Shown: positions 1-14,177 of the stretch, in pieces
How positions within the stretch are numbered: the stretch's first letter is position 1
How the letters are laid out: each line of letters opens with the position of its first letter
NCBI GenBank assembly: GCA_964016885.1
Contig: OZ024740.1
Span: forward strand, 188,604,001 to 188,668,000
DNA length: 64,000 nt
Source of the DNA: Eledone cirrhosa
Lineage: Eukaryota
Direction: 5' to 3'
Translations under genes and position numbers: made by a program
The notes under the pieces: model-generated
Told to the model about the DNA's origin: nothing
Database searches by the model: none
What the model saw: the letters and a program-made list of their open reading frames with translations, nothing else

Positions 1-1611
1 TTGGCACTTCTTTACCCAGTGGTCATCCTCCATGTGCATCACTTTAGCGATTTGTCACCTCAATCTTCTTTATACTGTTGATTATGTGTCATAAAAACAA
101 CTATTCATAAATTTGTTGTTTTTGGTTTTCATTTTATCTTCTAGAGTCTCCGATATTGATTGTCCCTTTTTCCAAGAGCTATATATTTTGACACAATCTA
201 CATTATTTTCTATGTAAATATAAGATAGCTTTATACATAAGTGACCTATTGAAAGTTAGATAAGTTATTCTCTGTAAAATATAATAGTAATAGATCTGTA
301 GGAAAATTGAATTGAATTTTCAAGTAGTAAATGATAATTAGAATTATATAAAAATCAAGAGCACTTATATTGATAAAAGATGCCTGTTAGATATATTGAT
401 CTCTTACATTTCTTAAAGATTTTCTCACTACAATATTTGATATCAAGAATGTAATTTATTTTCTTAATTTTTAAATAGGAAATTAAAACTGATTATCTTT
501 TAATAACAGTATTTGTAAAGTTTGCATGTACATATTTTATGTAAGCAAGCATTTCTAAAAGCAACTGATAGTGTATTGACTATGGCCTTGACAAACTAAT
601 CATACAGCTAAAATAAACTACTTTGAGTTGTAATCTAAAAAAGAAAAAAAACAAAACAATGTTCAAACAAATTAAGAACAGAATATTTCTGTATATATTC
701 ATCTGCTTATTGTTATCATTATATTGATAGAACATAATTTACTGAGTTCTGTATTTTGTTGCTTTTACATTTGCTATTTGAATGCAACCACATACTATTA
801 GCCACTAGAGTAAAAGGCCATAATGTAATGAAAATCTACAATATTTGTTCTGATCAAGTTTTTGATTTAATTTCTGTGCCAAGGGATAATATCCATGGTG
901 TCCTTAATCAATGAATCAATATTCTTTTTAAGTATTTCAATCTATAATTAATGATAAATGACAACATGAATTATTAAAAAGAATCATTAAAATTTTCAGC
1001 AAAAATAAATTAACTACCCAAAAATGAAAAGCAAAGAGAATTTTAATGAATTTAGTGAACTGAATGGCTAAGTAAATATTGATAAAAATATTTTCCAGCA
1101 TGCTAAATTTATTTTAACTCATGTAAGAAACTTGAAATAGTTTTCAAATCCTGCCAGTCTTTAATTAAAATAGTCACATCAATTAGGTCTTTATATTAGC
1201 TGCATAAATTCTTTAGTTCATAGAATTCAAAGGCATTTCAGATGACCATTCATTTGTGAGAAACATCATTTATGATCTTTTTGATTGAAATAACATCTGA
1301 AGTTCCATACACAAGCAGGATCATATATGTAGGTATAAAGTGTGATAATCATAGAGCCATATATAAAAGCCTATACAATAGTTTGTGTGATAATACTACT
1401 CTTTCAGGATTTTTGTCTATCTTCACTGATGTTTACACACTTGGTACTGAGACTAGGACACAGTATCTCTGAGACATATTTTGCATGAGAAACATCTGCT
1501 AGAATTACTCATTTGCATATAGTACAGGCTTGGCAGGCTGGTATTGTCAGTAGCACTAACATACCATGATTCATAATAGAGATGTATTTGAAAATGTGTG
1601 TTTGAGTGTGG

Positions 1612-1846
1612 GTAAAAACTCCTTTGGTCCATGGGTTTTGCACCTAGAAAGTTCCCCTCTGAGGCAAAGTTTCTTTTTTTCAAACACTAACAGTCGTTCA
1701 TGCCTGCTAGCCTCCCCTCTTTCCACCACCAATGTTATCCAAGGGAAAAGCAATGGTCAATACAATTTGGTGCCATTGACATTACAACTCATATTTCCAG
1801 ATGAGAACAATATGAAATAAAGTGTCTTGCTCAAGGACGCATCACA
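1612..1846 (-). mobile_element. 5'-truncated copy of the older CORE SINE
   Basis: tgaaataaagtgtcttgctcaagga plus a tail homologous to 9070-9270. Confidence 0.6.
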
Positions 1847-2878
1847 TTGTCATAGCTTTCTCTGTAGCTGTATGAGAAGGCCAGACACTAGAGTTTAAGG
1901 AATTTAATCCATGTTCCATGACATATACTCCCTTGGTACTGAGGCTAAAATAAGCTATCACGCATACAAATTTTGTATTGAAACGTTTACTGGGAATGCT
2001 CACTTGCATATATTGTGGAGTTGATATATTGGTATTAATTAACCGTAGCAATAACTTGATGTTGTGCATAATTCAAGTATATATAAAATCTTATATAAGT
2101 TTATGTATAATAAACATACCTATATCTCTCTATGGTACCTTAAACTGTGAACTTGTATGTTTATTAAGCACAAACATGTATATACTTTCATGTATGCCTC
2201 TACTAATATGTATGTGATGTTGCCAGATGTGAGAATGAGTATTCAATACTAAAGTAGAATTTAATAATATTCTTTATTATGGTAAAATGATTAGTCATGT
2301 TACCCTAGAGTAACAAGGCATAACTCAATGTAAGTGTAAATGCAGAGTACATATACAATTAGGACATCTGAACAAAGTGTCCTCTTCATATCAATTAACT
2401 TGCTGAGTCACTTCATTCAGACTAGGGAATCTAGGAGAAAATTTGAAGAGATACTATTAATGATACCAGTGATGTATGTTGGAGAAGGCTAACTGTAATT
2501 AACTTTGAACAAATATATTAGCATAGACCAAAAACTGTTAACACAACATAACGTTTAAGAAGGATAGATAGAAAAGCAGTTATATAAAGATAGGAGCTAG
2601 TGGTATAGGTAGTATAAGTGCTTAGCATGAAATATTAGTTGAAGAAGAGAATGCAGTGGTTGCAACGACAATCATTGAGAATGTAGGGTAGGTAGTATTT
2701 AGAGTGAAGTGCTGCTAAGGCACTATCCAAGGTCAAACAACTTCCCTTCTTTCAATTGTTTCCACAATATTTGTCCATGGTCAATTTGGTTTGAAATCAT
2801 ACATATCTACCTATGCATACACATATACACTTGTATATACATTCAGAAAAATACACACATATATGCATGTATATAGAT

Positions 2879-2880
<2 letters not shown>

Positions 2881-2912
<32 letters not shown>
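2881..2912. repeat. (TC)n microsatellite
   Basis: Direct inspection. Confidence 0.95.
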
Positions 2913-2916
<4 letters not shown>

Positions 2917-4011
2917 AGAGGGAGAAGGAGCGAGAAAGAAAAATAGACATTTAAATTCATTTATGCATACATTCTAACATGTCTCTAAAGTCATTTCCTT
3001 GTAGTATGTCTTAGACTGTGAATTTCTTTGATATTTCGTATCCTTTTAACAACCATATTTTACATTCGATTCATTCTACTTTTGCACAGGCAGCCAATCG
3101 TATCTATTTTTTATTTAATTTGTTTTTTCATTGGTAAGGTAGTAATAGCTATATCATTTGAATCAATGGGATACATCTAGTCATAACTCTCATCAAAGTT
3201 ATCATACCTAATATAGAGAATGAACACTAAGAAATTGTAATGTAAGAACACATTTAAAAGGATTATGACTTCTGAGTTTTAATTTCAGAACATTACCTCC
3301 TGTTGCTATAATACTATCACTTGCATTTTACTAAAATTTAACTAAGCCATCTCATAATGCACCACGTTTTAACTGTCTTATCACTTGGAGAAATCCACTT
3401 GTTAGAAATAACATTTAAGCTAATATTCTCCATAGTCACCATCTTGCTTTTATATTATAAATCCTAAAACTAGTTTCCTTACCATATTCTGTTTCAAAGA
3501 ATTCTCTCATCTATTCCCACTTGACCGTATTGATATTTTCTATTGCACAGATCTAGTTCTTGAGATATAGAATTTTATTCACTTCACTTTTCTATAGTCT
3601 GAGTCTCACTTTTCATGGTTCATTTAATCGCTTTTCAGTATTGGCTTGGAGAGCTGTTTTGGATGAATTCCCAGATGTCTTTCATTTATCTGTTCTTAAA
3701 TGCTACCACAGATTCTGACTGTTTGTTTCTGTTTTTGTAGAGTGCAGGATTATTTTCTAACTCTGCTTCTTTCTGGCACTTCCAATTACATTGTTCTACC
3801 TAGGATGAGTGGTTAAAATATTGTTATCAACATTAGTTAATAATATTTTGAAGAAATCCTATTCAGATTAATTATAAACACTCTGATACCCCCCTTCTGA
3901 AATTTCATTTAAATATGTGTTTATGTTGTCCACATGCATTGAAATACATGCAAACATATAGCATTCTTATCATCATTTTATGAACCAATTTCATTTACTG
4001 GTATGGTTGGA

Positions 4012-4015
<4 letters not shown>

Positions 4016-4069
<54 letters not shown>
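4016..4069. repeat. (TA)n microsatellite
   Basis: Direct inspection. Confidence 0.95.
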
Positions 4070-4072
<3 letters not shown>

Positions 4073-4117
4073 TCATCATCATCATCGTCGTTTAATGTCC
4101 ATCTTCCACGCTAGCAT
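4070..4117 (-). mobile_element. Very short RTE/SINE 3' tail in (TA)n
   Basis: (CAT)n cgtttaatgtccatcttccacgctagcatg is the reverse complement of the tail at 62375-62418. Confidence 0.6.
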
Positions 4118-4151
4118 GTATGTATGTGTGTGTGTGTATGTATGTATATAT

Positions 4152-4498
4152 AACACCTGCAACCCTGATGGTATCCAATGATGTTGACTTGTTCTTCTTT
4201 TTGGTAAATATCATCTTGGTTAAGAGAGTGGGACTGGCTTTGTGCAGTGCCTTTGCTCACTATAAAAGCTTCACGGCACAGGCATTGCTTTATATCTGGA
4301 GATCTCTCTGCACTTGTCGTCACATGGTACCATGAGCCCAGCACTATGTGTCAATAATTGTCACAAGTGTAGTGTTTGTACCAGAGTTTTCAAGTCGCTG
4401 TCTGGACTAAAAAGTCACACTCGTTCAGCGCATTGGTAGGGGTTCTCCTACATGGATATAAAGTAGTGGCCGTATTCGAAAACGAGTTGGCAGCCACC
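4152..4498 (+). mobile_element. 3' end of an RTE/BovB-like LINE with a C-terminal C2H2 finger
   Basis: 4362-4439 encodes HKCSVCTRVFKSLSGLKSHTRSAHW*, followed by a short UTR and (AT)n. Confidence 0.6.
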
Positions 4499-4873
4499 AT
4501 ATATATATATAATACAATTAGAATTTATCTTTGAACATAGCTGTATACAAATATGAATTTGAATTACATATTTCTAAAGAAATACGTATGTTTAAAATAA
4601 ACACTTAGAAAGCCGTAGCTCTACAAAAATACTGGCAGCTAACCCCACCCAGCGGTGTCCAGCAAAAGCAAGGGGGATAATCGCCGATGCATTTCAAACT
4701 GAACTGGTTCTCGTCTGGATGATTTCTCCCACTCTTGCAACTGTATATATAGATTTCCTGCTGTGTGCTACCATGCAAGAATGAAAATTAGTGCTATACA
4801 ACCTGAGACACTCATTCACTACAGAAAGCCCATACAGTGTACTTTGCATATGAGTGAAGTTACACTGTCGTAG

Positions 4874-5280
4874 GTGAACTTCAAGTATCTTGGGGCTATT
4901 CACAGAAGTGATAGAAGCCAGGAGACTGAATTAAATGCAAGAATTACTGGAGCTGGGGCAGTAATGTCCCAGGTTCAGCACTCCATTATCAGAAAAGAGA
5001 TAGGTATAAAGGCTGAACTTGCTATCATCAATCAGATGTTCATGCCTATGCAAACCTATGATCATAAATCTTACGAAATGACAGAAAGAATATGATCACA
5101 ATACAGGTGGCTGAAATGTGGTTCCTTTGAAGTGTCTTTGGTGTAATGTTTCTCAATAGGGTACATAGTTTGGACATCAGAGAGTTGCTCCCTGTAGCAC
5201 CACTACTTTCCTGTATGGAAAGATCCCAACTCTGGTACAACAAATCATGTAATTAGAATGTCTAAGGAAAGAATCTCTAT
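4874..5280 (+). mobile_element. RTE LINE fragment (same family as 14178-15155)
   Basis: FKYLG..ELNARI..AGAVMSQVQHSIIRKEIGIKA aligns by eye with the 14465-14953 peptide. Confidence 0.75.
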
Positions 5281-8204
5281 AGATAGTGAAAAAATTAAAA
5301 CGTTAGGTGTTCCTTTACAAAGCTATGTGTTATAGTGAAAATAGGGTTTGGAAATGCAATGACTGAATTACGCCCCTTATAATGAATCATATTCTCCTCG
5401 ATATAAGCAACAAAGATAAAACCAGTTGCATTCCTTGTGTTCAGCAAGAACACAAGCAAGCAGCCACGGGAGATAAACATAAACGAAAAACATTTTGCGA
5501 ACGAATGTAATGAAAATCTTTTTGAAAAGTTTGTTAATACAGCTGAAATCAGTTAAACTAAACAAAAATATATAAATAATCATTAAATTACTTGACACAC
5601 TAATACAGAAACCTTCTAAATAACCAAAAGGTTAGTCATTACATTTTTCAAACCCTATATATATATATATACAATATTATTTGTATTTTCATCATAGTAA
5701 TAATTCAATTCTCTTTGCTACTTGGCCTGTTAAGACTTAAATTGAATGCAAAAATGCAAAATATATATGAAATTTTGAGTTAATTGCTTGCAGTGTTAAA
5801 CAAGACTTTGTAATTCTTTTCATTGTTTTGATTGAAGATTGATCATTAGGCTCACACTAAAAAAAAATTACTTGGAATATTTATGGAATATTAATTTCAC
5901 CTCATTAAACAAACAACAGTATGAGGAGAAACTGAAATTTTCAGCAGACTGTTAGAATTTAACATAATCCTTTTTGCTCTCAAATAATTTTCATCTGATT
6001 TGTCTTTATGAAATCTATTTACGATTATTTTATTATGCTTTTCCAATACCAGAAGAACTATGATAATTATGTAATTGCTGATGTTTGCATGCATTGGTGG
6101 AACAATTGATTTCTTAACTACTAGCTATTGAATGAGAACTGTAACAAATTTAGTCAGTTTACTGGGAAAATCTTAATTGTTAATATACTTTGCTTAGAAA
6201 CACAAGCCAATGTGTAGTATAGTTTTGAGCTAATGTCTTTGGCGCTGGTAAACCAGCATTTTAACCAATGATTTTAACTTTATATTACATATTAACAACC
6301 ATATTTTCTTTGAGACTGTAAAATCAGATATAATTTGGTAATCTTCAGGGGCTTTCTGAATTTAATTTTCCTTGCAGTTAGGTAAACGCTGCAATGGCTC
6401 AGTGCTGTGCATAATATCATGGCAACATTTTAATAATACAGCTAAATTTGTTATGTTGCCGCCCATAACATGCAACTGAAATTTTAAAAATACAATAAAA
6501 CCGTTGATGTTTCAGTTCTAAATATTGAAAATCTATTAATATTTTACAACATTAGACTTGTGAAAAGTTATAATTGTCAGTGAATAAATAATTTAAATCA
6601 ATTTTCTTTTAGAATTTTGGCTGCAAAAATGTAATCTGAATTTAAGATATAAAGAAGTCAAATGACAAGTCAAAATATTATCAGACTATCGGCACCATTT
6701 TGTCCGGAAACCTGCAATTTGAATTTGAAAATGACTAAACTGCACACATATTGAAAAATAAAAAATCTTTAAGTTCCAGAAATAAGAGTTATGAATAAAA
6801 AAATAAATATGCATTTGTAGTAAAAACTTGCAGTTTTAAAAACGTTCTTTATATTTATGCAAAACAATAAATATCATGAAAATTCTCATTAATTATTTTC
6901 TATTGCTCTTTTTGTTTTATGGTACATGCCAGGAATATTAAAAAGTAGCATGTTTGAAAATTTAAAGTTGAAAGATTTTTTCATACATTTCATTGGCAAA
7001 ATATTTTCCACATTTATTGTAGTGAAGATATTTATTGATTATCTTTTATTCATTTCCAATCAGAAAAGAGAATATACCTATAAATTTCCTGGCTGCCTCA
7101 TTGTTGATTTCTATTTTTATGGCAGGAAGTTTTATTATGGTCCCTTAACCCTTTCAAGACAACAACTGATGATAATACACATATCAGCTACTGTATAAAA
7201 CTAATTTATTGTAAGACTTGCTTGATATCTGTGAGGTCAAATACAAAGTAAAACAATCATAAAATGGAAGTAATTTATACTGTTTCCAATTGATTTAATC
7301 CAAGTAAAGTTTTTGCTTGTGCTGGCTTCAAACTGAGCAATTGATGAGAACGAATCATATGAAGCATGTGGAAAAGAATTCATTGTCAGCAGGTGGTTGA
7401 CTGATAGTATATTGGAAAGGATATATTCCAGGAATGGCAAATTCAAATTTGGTTTTCCTTTGGGTTTTTAGTTTCAATCCCAAATTGGTATAAATAACAT
7501 ATTTTCTTTTAATCAAATATAGGATTGAAAAAATTAGAAAAGCTAAAATTATAATAATCCTTGAATCTTAATTCTAATTACTGGCAAACCTATATTTGTG
7601 ACCCAAACTATTGTTCACAAAGAAATATTTAAATATAAAAAATAAGCATGGTATTTTGAATGGTACTTGAGATATTGTTAATGTGATTGAATGCAATGTA
7701 AAATGAAGAAAACATATGTATTCATTCTCATTGGCAAAACATATATATATAGTCTACATCTCTATTATTCAAACCAAGTTTTCAAATTAATCAGGTTAAT
7801 GCAATGCATAAACATATCTCTTGACAATATTGAACAGTTAAATAAGAGGATCGTTTGCCAAGTAGAAATATTAGATTGACTATACTTCATAAGATAGATA
7901 GTCATCGTTGTAGCGTCTCATAAAGTAATTTATTTGTTTCCTAATGGAAACCTGAAATCAGATTAGTTCAGCTTTACCACTATTCAAATGTGAGTAATGA
8001 TATCAGTCTTCACATTTAAAGATCAATCGTCATATGATGTCAAATCTTCTTGTATCATACATAACCTAACATATTATAGAAACGGTCATGATATATCTTA
8101 AACTAAAGTGTAGAATATTTTTATTTAGTAATTTTATTATTTTTAAGGTATGAAAAACTGTTGTTATATAAATTGAGTTATGTTAATTCCTTGTTAATTA
8201 TTAA

Positions 8205-8430
8205 AAAAAACACCCAGTCTGCACTGTAAAATGGTCAGTTTGGTGCCACAATAAAAAGCATTCTACTGACACTATATGTAGTTGGCATTAAGAAGGGCAC
8301 CTAGCCATAGAAAGAGTTCTGTATAAACAAGACATAGTTATCTGGATCTGACTTATCTCCCAATGAGATAACTTGTCTAGCCTATGCTAGCTTGGAAAAA
8401 TGAACGTTAAATTGTGGTGATAATGATGAT
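8205..8430 (+). mobile_element. Old RTE-tail-related repeat
   Basis: cactgtaaaatgg..gttggcattaagaagggcacctagcc..gaacgttaaa..gatgat resembles 62260-62418. Confidence 0.5.
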
Positions 8431-8930
8431 AGCGACTACATCATTGTATTCTTTTCAAAAGTAATATATAATTTAGCAAAGAACATTACAATCTTGAACT
8501 TTTAAATTACTGAAATATAATATTCTTACAATTTGTGTCTGTAGAGTGAGGAGGAGAAGGAGGAGGAAATTGCATTGGTGATTATTTCTCCTGAATTATA
8601 GTAAATTTGTGAAAATATGCAATATTCAAGTTATAGTAATCAGGTGGTTAAAATTTAGTATATATTGAAAACTGAGATTCAGTTTGTTTTGAAACCAACA
8701 AAATATAACATATTAATCATGCTTATATGTGATAGCATGTCAGCAAGTTTCAACATTTCAGCTTATCTATTCTCATTAATTTTAAAACAACAAAATAGAA
8801 AATATTATTTTTGATAAGGAATGGATTTTATTGAGATTTAGGATTTAATTATATAAAATTTAAAACATGTCAATATAGAAGCCAATGTGGGTTACTTAGA
8901 ATATGCTCTACCATATACCTACTACTACAT

Positions 8931-9280
8931 GAAGGTGCATGGCTTAGTGGTTAGAGTATTGCGATTATAATAATCAGATTGTGAGATCAATTCCCAGATC
9001 AGGCAGTCTGTTGTGTCTTTGAGTAAGACACTTTATTTCACGTTACTCCTGTTTAAACAGCTGTAAAAATTAGTTGCAACATCACTGGTGCCAAGCAGCA
9101 TTAACATTTGCATTTCCCTTGAACAACAGTAGTGGTGGGGAGAAGGATGGTTAATATGCATGGGTTACTGCTGGTCTTCCATAAAAATCTTGCCCAAACC
9201 TTGTGCTTTGCAAAGGAATTTTCTAGATGCAAAGATCATGGTCATTCATAAACTGAATGGGGTCTTTATCTCTACCTTTA
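8931..9280 (+). mobile_element. Older tRNA-CORE SINE with a different 3' tail
   Basis: Same head as SINE B up to cagctgtaaaaat, then an unrelated tail shared with 1612-1846. Confidence 0.7.
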
Positions 9281-10534
9281 TATTAGACTCAGTCTAATAT
9301 AATCTAACAAGTACATGCATTTAGGAGAGAGACAATACACTGTTCCACTTTGAAGTGCCAACATGACCCTAGAGGGTCAAGGGAAAAGTGAAGTGAACAC
9401 ATTTATATATGTGGTCTGTATTTGAATTCATTGCTCAGCTCTTATAACAACAAATATTCAAAATACATGGCTTCCTATATTTCAATGCATGTGAATATAA
9501 TTCTGTAGCATTTCAATTTTATGTAAGTTATTTCAATATTTCTGTAACCTGTAGCTCCTCCCCTTTATGAGAGTTTGAAAAGAACTGAATGCATATTTAA
9601 TTTCAAAATAACATGTCCTCATTCCATAAAATATAAAAACCGATAATCAATATCCTTTAATGTTTTGATTAGTAAAATGTTGATGATTTGGTCTTCCTGG
9701 CTTCAGTAATTATTATATACTAAAGTGAACTACCTAGTAATCACAAAAACAAGTTTAAAAGAGTGACACTTAATCTCATGAGGGTTTGATGTGCAATGCT
9801 CAGAAGATGATCTTAGTGGTACATTGTATCAGGGTAAACATTTTGTGGTATTCATATGTCTCTGAAGAACTCATTTATTTCATGAAGTATTGAAATCCTG
9901 TTGTTTTTGTTTGCTTTCTTGATGTGCTTTCACAAAATTTCACCATAAAGATAGTTGAGAATTGTTCCAAACTCATTCTGGTGGCTATTGTTATGGCTTT
10001 AGCTAATTTTCAATTACTTATGAGTGGAATTTATTGAAAAGTTTATATTATTGTTAATGAGAATTTTGATGTATTTTCTTTGTAAAAATAGTAATAAAAA
10101 TGACAGAAACAAAGTATCCACATTAAAGAAATAAGAGGTCTATCACACAAGTTAAATAATGTTTCTTTAACTAATCTAAAATTTGGTGTTGATAATTGAA
10201 GGCAATACATTCATTTTATGTACAACAAAACTTCATTTGCCTCCAGCCTTTGTCAATTAGGTAATCATTCTAGGAACCATCACTCATAAGATGGAGGAGA
10301 GCAAGCCAGCTAAATACCTAGATTTCACTAATAGCTTCCTTGTTGTGAAACGCTGGGTGCCCTCAGTCCTCAAACTGCTGTTTTCTTCCACATATTTGGT
10401 ATGTATGCATACCCCGTGATGAAGGAGCCTTGTAAGGTTGGGAATCGATGATTTAGATAAGATGTTAATGCAGCATTGGGTTATGTGCCTAAAAACATCT
10501 GACTGATAAAATGACAAGTCAGTCAATCATATGG

Positions 10535-10775
10535 GTGGCCTCCCCACAGCCCCGGCGGACAGAATAGAGAAGGTGTTTCCACAGAGGACGACAAGGGAGA
10601 CACGCTGGAAAAGCTATTCCAACTCGTGGGGCTCAGAGCTGTGGCTGGCCAGCTCATCGCCTATGATGATGAGTAGGGAGATAGCCCTAGGGCCAAGGAC
10701 ACCAGAAGTCTCCACTGCCAAACTGTACAACTGTACAACCGCAAACCTGTCAGAGAGTGACCGGTATTTGAAGAA
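10535..10775 (-). mobile_element. CRE-like RLE fragment, homologous to 15545-15780
   Basis: Shares gccctagggccaaggacaccagaagtctccactgccaa with the reverse complement of 15589-15626. Confidence 0.75.
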
Positions 10776-10930
10776 ATGGTCTTGTAAGGTACAGTCACTG
10801 ATTCAGCAGTTATCACTGGCTGTTCACCAGGGCACTGTCTTTACTATTTTGTCTGCCAAGCACAACTAAAGTGTAGGGTCTGCCTAGACTGAGGTGTAGA
10901 GTCAGCCATCACTTCCCCTTTATCTCACTC
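10776..10930 (+). mobile_element. Second, more diverged CRE-like C-terminal fragment
   Basis: LIQQLSLAVHQGTVFTILSA* resembles the L.QRIS.A.QRGNA..IL terminus. Confidence 0.5.
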
Positions 10931-11873
10931 TTACCATTTCATATTTTTCTTTTTCAATTGTTTCTTCTTTCTATAGCATTATTTTTTGTATCTTTTGCAA
11001 AATTATATACACTATCAATAGTATTTTCAAAAATGAAAAGGCATACTTTCATATGCTAGAACATTTGAGAAAAGATTAGAAAAGACATTAGAAATACTTC
11101 ATTTAAACTATTTAGATTAGAACTCTTTTGGAGTCAATTCTTTAACGTTTTGTTAATCTTAAAAACCATTCATATTTTCATATTTTAATTTATTATTGTT
11201 TGTTTTACTTTAAAAAAAACAAAAATAATAATAATGAATTAATATCTGAAATATTATACAAATTTAGACATCTCTATGGGAAAAATATATTTAGCTTAAG
11301 CTTTTGATGCTAAATTATTTTAGATCATTACAAAGCATTAAAGTAACAAAGACATGTAACAAATTAGAGATTTTGTCAATTTATAAAAGCCATTGCTTCT
11401 AAAGATTTAGATTAGTCAACAAATTATCTGATAGTACATATGATTGACTATATATTGATGAAAATATCATCTTATGTAATTTCACTGATAGCATATCTGG
11501 GATCAACATGCTTCTGTTAATCATTAACTACCCAAACACAATGTAAGATTTTGGGGCTAATTCATTGTTTTATTTTCTAAATTGTCAGACATTCATGTAG
11601 AAAAGCAGAAATACAATTAAAAGTTAAGTCTATAAAGACATTAAAATTAGAATATTCATGCTATCAAAGTGAATGTTTGATTGAATCATTTCATTTTAAG
11701 TGTTATGTTATTCATCTCTTAATATCAGAATGTTAATAAAATTATTTTGTTTTCATATTGAACATAATAAATGAATTTGTAGTATTTATAATGTTGTAAC
11801 AAGAAAGAAGAGAGAAGCACAATTTCACACATCAATGTAAGCTTCTTTCACACAAAATAATATTAGTTATTGT

Positions 11874-12104
11874 CAGGACCAGATTTAAACCTTGGCCCAA
11901 GGCAGTTCAGGTTTGGTGGGCCCTTCATATAACAAACACACACACACATATATATGTGTATATATATATATATGCGTGTGTATAGATATTGTACATAAGC
12001 AGAGAGGGAGACAAACGGGAGAGGGCTCTGTTTGGAGAAGGGGACCTTTGTTTGATGGGGGGGGGGGGGGGCATTCAAACCATTCCCAAATAAATCTAGC
12101 CCTG
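11874..12104. mobile_element. hAT-type MITE
   Basis: TIRs caggaccagattta / taaatctagccctg; 8-bp TSD gttattgt at 11866-11873 and 12105-12112. Confidence 0.85.
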
Positions 12105-13905
12105 GTTATTGTCACTGGTTTTGTGCAGTGTTCTTAATTGGAATACTTGTCCTGAGGTGGCTCAATCCACCTAGCTGTAAGAAGGAAGTGTGGTATAACA
12201 TAGTTTTAGATGTGAAATTATATGTGTGACTCATTGGCTGACAACAATTTTTCTCATGACTATAGCCAAGCGTGAGTAAGTGTTTCATCTACATGCACAT
12301 ATTATTGTTAATGTTGTTATTGTTTAGCTCCCAGTCAGTATGATTGTACAAACCTAGTAGTTTAGTATTCCAGCTTTGATCATCATGTCTTTGTTTAAGA
12401 TGCAGTGAATCTAGGACAAATTAATCCAGATACACATGTTTCCATCACCTTTTTTATGGTTAAAAAGTGTGATTTAAGAGGGATTTGACTGCTATGTTTT
12501 ATTTTTTCTACATCATGTAAACTAGTTTTGCAATTGTAACTAATAGTTGTCATACTTTTTATCTGATATTCAAACTCAAATCTAATTGTAATCTATATTG
12601 CCTTTCATAAATCGCCAGTAATTGCTGGATGGCTAACCATGTTACTTCTCATAAAGGTTAATTAAATGAAATAATAATTTTAGTATGATGGCCATGCAAC
12701 TGTTGACTGTGAGCTGAGCTGAAATAGATTGTTTATTAGCTGAAATGACATTAGCATTGAATTTGACTTTATTACCCTGGGAAAACAAAATTCAAATGCT
12801 AATATCAGTTAAATTCACAGTGTGATTTATTCACAATGAAACTGGTATTGTGCCTAACATAGGGTGTTAAAATTATTCCCATCATCGTTATTATTTTTAT
12901 TTGGTAGTGTGTTGCAACTTCCATTATTACATTTGGAAAACGTATAAACATCTTCAAGAACAATGCCATCAATTCTTTGTAAGGAACATATATTAGTATG
13001 AGTTAACAAAGTCACTCACCTTGCTAGAACTAACAGTCACTTATTTAAACCCATCCTATTGATTTAAAAGAAACAATATATAGGGTAATACTGTCCTTTG
13101 TCTGTGGTAAACAATGCATATACTATACACAAAACAAAACATCACATGACATAACCTCTATGCAGACAATCTATTTGCTAAACATTGCAACCCTCAAACT
13201 TCTTTTTATACTCTTAAATGGACACTAGTGTAGCTTTAACTATGGATTTGCAGCTCCCACCTCAAAATATAAGGGAATATCTTTCATCATATGCTTGCTC
13301 AAACAAGTACACTACAGCCCTAAAAATCAAACTATTATGCCACTCTACATCATACTATCAACTGAAAATTCGGTTTGTCCATTTATTAGTCAATTGACAA
13401 ATTAAATCTGTCAGGTGTCTAACAATGGGAGTGCTTGATTAAGTCTGAGAGAGGACAAAACAATAACACATAACGTCTCAGTTTTGATCATACGTATAAA
13501 TAAAGATGTAAATGAAATTAGGTTCAATCTTAATAGGTTAAATGTTTAATAGATTAAAATACAAGTTTATGACTCATTGTTGATGCATTTCTAGTACTTG
13601 CATATTTCAATATATTTCCAGCGATACTGTATATGCATTTATAGCTAGAATATGGCTTATATGCATTTTACTAACCAATAATATGCAAAACTTAATTCTA
13701 AATATGATTTGTGCCCCTATCTTGACACTGGTTTACTTCTCTCTTAATAAAGCCTCTCTTGACGATATATCCATTCTACTTATTAGGTATCTACTTGCAA
13801 ATATGTGCAAATAATTGGAAATTGCAATCGAGGAATGTTTATTTTCAGTTCATATTAGTCGATTTAAGAAGATTAACATATCCTTTAACTAGCTTCTCTC
13901 ATTAG

Positions 13906-13937
13906 TTCTTCTTCTTCTTCTTCTTCTTCTTCTTCTT

Positions 13938-13967
<30 letters not shown>
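13906..13967. repeat. (TTC)n microsatellite
   Basis: Direct inspection; probably the RTE tail. Confidence 0.95.
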
Positions 13968-13968
<1 letters not shown>

Positions 13969-13971
13969 TAT

Positions 13972-14177
13972 AGGGCAGTGGATTGGCAGTATCGGTAGAG
14001 GGTCGGACGCCATGCTTTGCAGCAAAGAGTTACGGCCCTTTACAGTCTGAGTTCAAATCCCGCCAAGGTTAATTTTGCCTTTCATCCTTACGGGGTCGAT
14101 AAAATAAAGTACCAGTAATACACTGGGTAATTGCTGGCCTTGTGCCAAAAGTAGAAACAATTATTATTATTATTATT
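13972..14177 (+). mobile_element. tRNA-derived SINE family A (short subtype)
   Basis: A box tggcagtatcggt; B box gagttcaaatccc; central gcctttcatccttacggggtcgataaa (Meta-like domain, from memory); (ATT)n tail. Confidence 0.85.

Noticed and set aside
2400-3800. Faint CR1/Jockey-like C-terminal remnants on the minus strand
   Set aside because: Too degraded to delimit or classify by eye.
4362-4439. C2H2 finger as an exon of a host zinc-finger gene
   Set aside because: A single finger followed by a stop, a short UTR and an (AT)n tail fits a LINE C-terminus.
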